Positions 55,601 through 64,000 of a stretch of DNA of 64,000 nt are shown here, piece by piece; within the stretch, counting starts at the first letter, position 1, and each line of letters begins with the position of its first letter. Position numbers and translations under genes: made by a program. This stretch comes from Octopus vulgaris (taxonomy: Eukaryota), in the NCBI GenBank assembly GCA_951406725.2, contig OX597825.1:15624001-15688000 (forward strand). The letters are read 5' to 3'. The notes under the pieces are model-generated. The model ran no database searches, was not told the origin of the DNA, and saw only the letters and a list, made by a program, of their open reading frames with translations.

Positions 55601-55906
55601 GAACGCAGCAGGCGTCGCTGCTCACCGCCCCTGTTCGAAGATTATAATGGACACAGGTTTGTATGTCGCATAGCTAGCGAGAGGTGATGGCTTCTCGGAG
55701 CTAATCAACGGCAGCATTCATCCTACTTTTCTGGACTGCCATGTTAGCTTGGCGATAACTATTAATACCCAGTACCGCTGCCGTAGTCTCTTTCAGAGAG
55801 AATTAGAAATAATGATATTTCTAACATACACACACACACACAATATTTATATATATATATATATATATATACATACATATATATATATTGTATGTATGTA
55901 TGTATG

Positions 55907-55975
<69 letters not shown>

Positions 55976-56235
55976 TTGCTTGTACGCATATGCATATGCA
56001 TATAGATGTTTGAATATATGTGTGTGGAGAGAGAGAAAAAAGAGAGAAAGTGTGTGTGGAAGAGAGATACGAATAAATATATAATTGTATAAAAGAGTTA
56101 TGGATATATATGTATATACATACATACACATATATATATGCTTACATACACGTATATGTATACATATTTGTGCAGACATGTTATATATATATACATTTAT
56201 ATAACTCTCACATACTTATATATACATACATGTAC

Positions 56236-56272
<37 letters not shown>

Positions 56273-56963
56273 CATACATACATACATACATACATACATA
56301 CATACATACATACATACATACATACATACATGTATGTATATGTATTTTTTGCTCTGTAGAATATGTTCAACGATATTTATATAAATGCACTGATTTTGGA
56401 AGCTTGGAAGAAATAAATATTATTGCAATATAAATAACATTAAGTGACAAAAAAATTCTTGATTATTTCTTCTCTATCTACTTCATCAGGAATTTATGTG
56501 AGCAAAACGTGTTTTATTTAGTTTAACACATAATTAATCAATAGTTTAAGAGAATATTTTTCACATAGTACATACTTGGTTTATTTTTTAACAAATGTCA
56601 AAACGTATTCGGTTTAATATTTCAGATTTTTATTAAGGATATTTATGCAAATTAATAAGGTAGGCAGCGAAAGCGAAGCGAGTAAAAACGAGAGAGGAAT
56701 AGAGAAAAAGAAAGTCACACGAGAGACTTAGAAGGAAGAAGGAACGTTTGGAAAGTATACGGTGTTATTGGCGTTCCTTAGACTGTGAAAAATTGTTCAG
56801 AGATTGTTTATATGCTTTTTTGATGTTTTTTTTTTTTATTTAGTGTTTGTATGCAAGAATTTGTGTTTTCAGTAACATATATGTGTCTAATAATATATTT
56901 AGACGTGCACGCACACACACAAACACACACACGTACGTAGACATAAACAGATGTGTATGTATG

Positions 56964-56996
<33 letters not shown>

Positions 56997-57386
56997 ATTC
57001 TTTACCTAGGTGCATATGTAGGCGTAGGCATGATAAGAAGCTTGCTTTCCAACCCCAATGCTTCCGGGTTCAGTCCCACTGCTTGGCCAAACATTTTCTG
57101 CTTTAGCCTCGGGCCGACCAAAACTCTGGGAATGGATTTGGTAGCAGGAAACTGAAATATACCTGTCCTATATATATTCTTTTTTTTTTTTGTATGTGTT
57201 TCACTCATTTAACGGCGGCTATGCTGGAGCACTGCCTTTAGTCGAACAAGTCGACCCCAGGACTTAGTCCTTGCAAGCCTAGTACTTATTCTATCGGTCT
57301 CTTTTGCCAAACTGTTAATTTGAGGGGACGTAAACACACAAACACCGGCTGTCAAGCGATGATGGGGGACAAACACAAACACGCAA

Positions 57387-57420
<34 letters not shown>

Positions 57421-57722
57421 GACGGGCTTCTTTCAGTTTCCGTCTACCAAATCCACTTAAAGCTTTTGATCGGCCTGAGGCTATAGTAGAAGAAATTTAC
57501 CTTAGTTGCAACGCAGTGAGACTGTACCGGGAACCATGTGATTGTGAAGAAAACTTCTTACCACACAGGCACTCCCGTATGTATGTATGTATATATAATA
57601 TAAATACGATATAATATATATATGTGTGTGTATGTGTGTGTGTGTGTGTGTGTGACCTCGTGTGTACCGTTGGCGATTTTTTTTCCTCTGTCTTCCTTTC
57701 TCTGGATCTTTCCTTCTCCTAT

Positions 57723-57757
57723 GTTTCCGACGAAGAGTTCCGCTCGAAACGTTAAAC
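57723..57757 (+). ncRNA. Minimal hammerhead (U4C variant), same family as 21331-21365, in element 57651-57855
   Basis: GUUU CCGACGA A GAGU ucc GCUC GAAA CG UU AAAC. Confidence 0.7.
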
Positions 57758-57850
57758 CCTCCTTCTTTCCATCTTTCTTGAGCGTCCAATAATACTATAT
57801 TTGCTCCACGTCCTCGCGTTGTGTTTTTTTGTGCTTTCTTGTTTGGATTA

Positions 57851-57896
<46 letters not shown>

Positions 57897-57959
57897 AATA
57901 TATACTTACTTGGCAATGGATGCGTGGCGTTCAATTATATATATATGTGTGTGTGTGTG

Positions 57960-58001
<42 letters not shown>

Positions 58002-58727
58002 GAATATTTATATATATTGTGTATATATATATATATATAAACATGCACGCGCACAGATATGTGCATGCGTGTGGATGTATATATCTATTTGTATTGACTT
58101 TGTGTTTTCGTTGAAACAGAACACGTGATTGAAAGAGGAGAGAGTGTGTAGGACATAGAAAAGTATGCAACATGAGTGTGCTCAGTTTATTTATATTTCG
58201 TGTCTATTCAAGTTTCATTTCATCATTAAATTAAACATCCCTATTTCATATTTACCTGTTTTAGATATATATTCCGCTTTTAGCCTGCATTCACATTACC
58301 CAATTTTCAGTCAATATACATATATATATATATTCCGAAGGCGCACTCGATTCACACGCACGTATTCTAGTGTAAGAATGTAACGATTCTAAATGTCCTG
58401 CACATTTTCAGTATCTTTCCAACATGGTGGTTGTTACTTATTTTTACTTCTCAAAAATGTGATTCACTTATTTCCTGTGCCTTTTTTCTGTAAGGAAAGG
58501 AGTGAAAAGGTGGAGTGAATTAGTATTTCGTTTATTTGTTGTTTTTCAAGTTACCGAAAATGCTATGTGTGTACGAATATAATTGTTTAATTTATATTTC
58601 GTAATGTATTTATATCAATATTCATATGGTTGTAGACAGACACACAGATCTGTGGGAAAAGATTTCCGGACAATGGACAGGCATCAAAATAATAAATATG
58701 ATAAAATAAAAATAATAAGCGAATGAA

Positions 58728-58761
<34 letters not shown>

Positions 58762-58763
<2 letters not shown>

Positions 58764-59355
58764 TGATTCGACGGTCATTCGGAATGCTCACAGCAGCCAT
58801 ATTCCTACCACTCTATGTCACGCTGGTGAGACCCATATTGGAGTATGGGATTCAAGCCTCTTCTCCTTATCTCCTCAAAGACATACAGCATCTCGAAAGA
58901 GTCCAGAAGCTGGCTACCCGCATGGTTCATGGTCTGAAAAATGTGTCCTACGAAGAAAGGCTGAGGACGCTCGATCTTTATTCTCTTGAAAAACGCCGCC
59001 CCCGTGGTGATCTCATTCTCGCCCACAACATCATAAGCGGAAAGTGTAACCTCTCTAAAGAGCTGTTCTTCACTCCTGCTCCAGAGCGTCGGCTGCGGGG
59101 TCATTCCGAAAAGCTCTACCTGCGACGATTTCATCTCAATCGAAGGAGAGGACCTTTCTCCGTCCGGGTTGCGGATCCGTGGAACAAGCTGCCAGACGAG
59201 ATGGTGAAGATGCCGACGACCGCTTTGTTCAAAGCCTCCCTGGACCTCAAGTGGCCTGAACTCTTTACATGAACACCACCCTGTACTTAACTCCATGTCC
59301 CCTTACATGGCCTTGCTATTTGCTTTTGAGCCAAATTAACTAACTAACTAACTAA
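58762..59355 (+). mobile_element. 5'-truncated CR1/L2-group LINE (ORF2 C-terminus 58763-59272, short 3' UTR, (TAAC)n tail)
   Basis: LYVTLVRPILEYG..SP...DIQHLERVQKLATRMV..LKNVSYEERL..L.LYSLEKRR.RGDLI...RGH...FSVRV...WNKLP...FK..LD; tail aactaactaactaac. Confidence 0.9.
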
Positions 59356-61430
59356 CATATGTGTGTGTGAATATATGTATGTGTATGCATGTATGTATAT
59401 ATATATACATACATATATATAATATATAATATAATATATATATATGTATGTGTGTGTATGTATGTATGCATGCATGTATGTATGTAGGCATGTATGCATG
59501 TATGTATGTACATATATGTGTGAATGTGCGTTTGTGTTTGTATTTGTGTGTGTATGCACAAGTGAGAAATTTTTTTTAATCCATTTGAATGCATAAATAT
59601 AACGTTTTAACGTTTTCAGCCATTTGTATAAAAATATTTTTTCCTCTTCACCAGACTTTTCTCCTTTTTCCACGAATAAAAAACAAAATGAATGTCCAAT
59701 AAACGAACCACTTTAATGAGAAATAAAAAAAAAACGTATCTTCAATAAAGGAAAGATATTCAAGATGGAGGATCATTGCTGTCACGGACCGGATGAGAAT
59801 ACTATGTACGTGTGTCTCTAGCTGTTCTTTCGATGACACTCAAAAACCGAAATATGGCTGATACTAAGAGAAAAAGCTAAGAATGGAACAATGTCCACAC
59901 CGCCTGAATTAAATCTTTAATGTACGTTGGTCTTTGCAGATAAATTCAAGTATGAACTGAGAAGGTTCGATTTCTATCTGTCCCACTCGTCCTCTCTCCC
60001 GTCACCTCTCACTCTCTCTCCTTTCTTTCTTTGTTTATCTATCTTTTATCTTTTTTCTAATAACTTGTTTCAGTCATCAGACTGCGGTCATGTAGGGGCA
60101 CTGCTTTGAAGAATTTTTAGTTGAATGAATCAACCCAAATACTTTTTTTCTATTTCAAGCCTGGTACTTATTCTCTTGCTCTCCCTTTGCCGAACTGCTA
60201 GGTTACGGGGACTTAAATACAAAACCGGTTCTCAAGTGATAGCAGAGACAAACACACACGAAAAGACACACAGTCACATACATATGTAGATACATATTTC
60301 TTCTATTCTTTAACTTGTTTCAGCCAGTTGACTGCGGCCAAGCTGAAGCACCTCTTTGAAAAGTTTTACTTGAACAAGTCGACCCCAGGACTTATTCAAT
60401 CGTTTCTTTTACCGAACTGCTAAGTTATGGGGACATAAACACTGTTTGTCAAGCGAAGATGGGGGCACGAACACAGACGTATAAAGACACACGACGCCCC
60501 TCTTTCAGTTTCCGTCAAGCAAATCCACTCTCAATGATTTGGTCGGGTCGGCCTGAGGCTATAATAAATGACACTTGCACAACATGCCGCGCAGTGGGAC
60601 TGAACCCGGAATCATGCGGTTGGGAAGTGAACTTCTTAGCACACAGCCATGCTGGCGCCTATCCCTAAAAATATTTATGGCACTATCTATGATGCAGTTT
60701 CCTTTTCTCTCTTACACCGTCTCGCTCTCCAGCTCTATACAACGAAAGCTATCACTTAAATGTAAGAAATAGACTGTAGTTCTATCTTGATGACACGCAA
60801 AGGTACAGAAATATAGAACGTTTATAGATGCAAAAAAAATGTTTAGCATAAAACAAATTAATTCAACTTTATAAATACAACATACCGAAACACTGGAAAG
60901 TATATTTTTCACGTCTTTACTCGGTTCTCTCCATTACACGAAAAATAGGGAACATAATCAAGGAACAATATTTTATAAGTTTTTTACACGTAATTTGTTA
61001 GAAATTAATGGCACTTTTTTTCTGTTTTTACTTTTGTGATAGGAGTTGTACCTACTTCTTTACATAGAAGTGAGAATGTACTCACAGACAGACACACACA
61101 TGTACATATATATTCTCACTCACACACGCACATATAAGTAATTTGAATATAATGTAAATATAGTAAATATATACACATATATATAATATATATTTAGTAT
61201 ATTTTTATACATACATTATATATAATACATGTAATACACTGAAATAAATAAATATTTAAAGAAACTGCTATACATTTATATATCTATGTACACGCATATA
61301 TATTTTCCTACAAACATATAAATATATATTATATGTATGTATATTTATATATATACATATATACATGTGTATACATGTATACATATATACGTAAATATAT
61401 ATATACATTTATATATATATATATACATAT

Positions 61431-61471
<41 letters not shown>

Positions 61472-61566
61472 CATTTATACGTATATATATACATGTGTGT
61501 ATACATATATGTATGCATGATGCATGCATGCATGTATGTATGTTTGTAGGTATATATGTATGTATG

Positions 61567-61615
<49 letters not shown>

Positions 61616-61879
61616 GTATGCATGTATGTATGTATGTATGTAAGTATGTATGTATGTATGTATGTATGTATGTATGTATATATGTATGTATGTATACGTC
61701 CATATCCTGCGTGTGAATTTTCTGTTCGTTCTTTTGTCGTGCTTCTGTTTAATTTTTGAAGTGTATATATATTTATATAAATATATATATGTGTGTATGT
61801 ATATATATGTGTGTATGTATATATATATATGTGTGTATGTATATATATATGTATATATATATTTATATGTATGTATATG

Positions 61880-61933
<54 letters not shown>

Positions 61934-62106
61934 TATTTATATGTATGTATATGTATATATATGTATATATATATATATGTATATATATATACTTATAATG
62001 TATGTATACGTATATGTATGTGTTATATATACGCATATGTATGCCAGTGTGTGTCTATGCATATTTGTGTGTGTATGTACATATACACATACATGTATGT
62101 GTACAC

Positions 62107-62181
<75 letters not shown>

Positions 62182-62865
62182 TATACATATACATACATAC
62201 ACAATTTTCTTTCGACTTTTATTTTTTACTTTTCTAATCTCCATTTTGGCGTTTCTATTTTGTAGATATTAATTGCAGTTTGCTTGCCTGCTTCTATTTG
62301 CCTTGTGTTTTAGTTTTGCTTTTTCTTTGTAAAAAAGTTTGTTTTTTTCAAGTGTCGATATATCCACATATTACCTTTAGCAGCAACATGTAGTATAATC
62401 TGAGCTAATAAATGACTGTTATCTACCTAACATATGGATTTTTCCTTAACAGTCTCATTATCAATTAAAAGACACATTTTTCAAATTATTTCTTCTTAGT
62501 TTTTTTATCAGTTTATTTTACTATACAATATATGTTCTTTTAATTTTTCGACATTTTGCGTAGTTATATGTTGGCTCTCTATGTACTTCTAATGTATATC
62601 AATAGACTTGCTATAAGCCTATCTTAATTCCTACTTATCAAATAGGTATTTTGGTTGATAAGTAATATATTTTTTGCTTTCGTGATCAGTTTGTTAGATT
62701 TGCGTTTTAGTGAATAGGCTTATTCGATAATTCATTTTTAATTTTTTTATCAACTGAACGAAACCTGAGAAGTTTCACGTTAAAACCTACCTGTGCCATA
62801 TACATAAATATACACATTGGCGTCTACACCCTGTCTACACACACACACACGAAATATATATATAA

Positions 62866-62925
<60 letters not shown>

Positions 62926-63019
62926 TCATCCATACGTACATTGCTATGTATATCCATTTTTATATCCACAAGCATGTTGTTGTTGCTGTTGCTATTGCTG
63001 TTGCTGTTGTTGTTGTTGT

Positions 63020-63185
63020 TACGTTCTGAGTTCAAATTCCGCCGAGGTCGACTTTGCCTTTCATCCTTTCGGGGTCGATAAATAAAGAACCAATTTCGCA
63101 CTGGGGTCAATGTAATTGACTTAATCCCTTTGTCTGTCCTTGTTTGTCCCCTCTATGTTTAGCCCCTTGTGGGTAGTAAAGAAAT
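63020..63185 (+). mobile_element. 5'-truncated family-A SINE in a (GTT)n tract; other degenerate copies at about 6662-6830, 9385-9555, 29890-30100, 31785-31980 and 36190-36405
   Basis: tacgttctgagttcaaattccgccgaggtcgactttgcctttcatcctttcggggtcgat...gtgggtagtaaagaaata. Confidence 0.85.
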
Positions 63186-63409
63186 ATATTGTTTTTGTTG
63201 TTGTTGTTGTTGTTGTTATTGTTGTTCTCGTCGTTATTGTAGCAGTAGTGTTTTTAGCTTTGTCAAAATGCAAAGTATAATCGGTAAAAAAAATGATATT
63301 ACTGATTATGCACGTACGTTAGTATCTAAATAAATGTAATTGAGAGTGTTCGTGTGGTGTATGTATTTGTGTGTGTGCGTTTGCATGAATGTGCATGTGT
63401 GTGTGTGTC

Positions 63410-63482
<73 letters not shown>

Positions 63483-64000
63483 TAAGTGTGCATATCTAAT
63501 TTTTAGCTGAATCTTCGCAAATTCCTACTCTAAGTTTCAGGTTTTACAAATTTTTACAGATTAATTCATGAATCGATCTCATATTGATGCAGAAACTAAA
63601 AAACTGCCGGAATATAAAACTGAAAAATAGAGAAGGTTTAAGATTTTAACATGCTTAACCTGTGCAATTCTATGATACAAAGCTTTCCGGTTTACAATCG
63701 CTAAGCATATTGAAACGTGTCAACAAACTCAATTTGTGTGTAATGTTTAACTGTATGTTATAATCCTTACGTCCTGTACAACCGTTTCACATTTTAAAGT
63801 CTTCTGTAAAAAGTCGTTTGACAGCATCAAAATATATTAACTTTGTACTAGTGTGTTAGATAAAAATTACTCTACAGAATATTTTTCCGAAAGACAAATA
63901 TAGCAACCACTGTTATTCATTTTGATTATGATTTCATGATGTTTAATATTCCTCTTTGTTTCAAAACACCTGTCAAATATTTTTCAAATGTATTATAGTT

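Overview
AT-rich eukaryotic DNA, dense in microsatellites and transposons. The SINE families and (TA)n load suggest a cephalopod such as Octopus (inference). I could not identify any host protein-coding exon; nearly all ORFs in the track are translations of microsatellites or SINEs. The only long real ORF is a Penelope-like retroelement (PLE, Neptune-type RT + GIY-YIG) on the minus strand at about 45.3-49.0 kb. Its RT frame is overlapped by a stop-free upstream frame at a U_UUU_UUA heptamer, a candidate -1 frameshift. A second PLE 3' fragment lies at 39.2-40.7 kb. The ORF track misses an RNA-level layer: nine minimal type-I hammerhead ribozyme (HHR) motifs from about seven unrelated sequence families, all with palindromic stem III, plus several fold-back palindromes made of PLE-like ends. 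One HHR element has a tRNA-derived Pol III head (a ribozyme-bearing SINE), and one has a short GT-AG intron whose acceptor is HHR stem I. Also present: a 12-copy 184-bp SINE-derived tandem array between 100-bp direct repeats, four tRNA-SINE families, LINE 3' ends and mariner relics. All calls were made by eye; family names need database confirmation.
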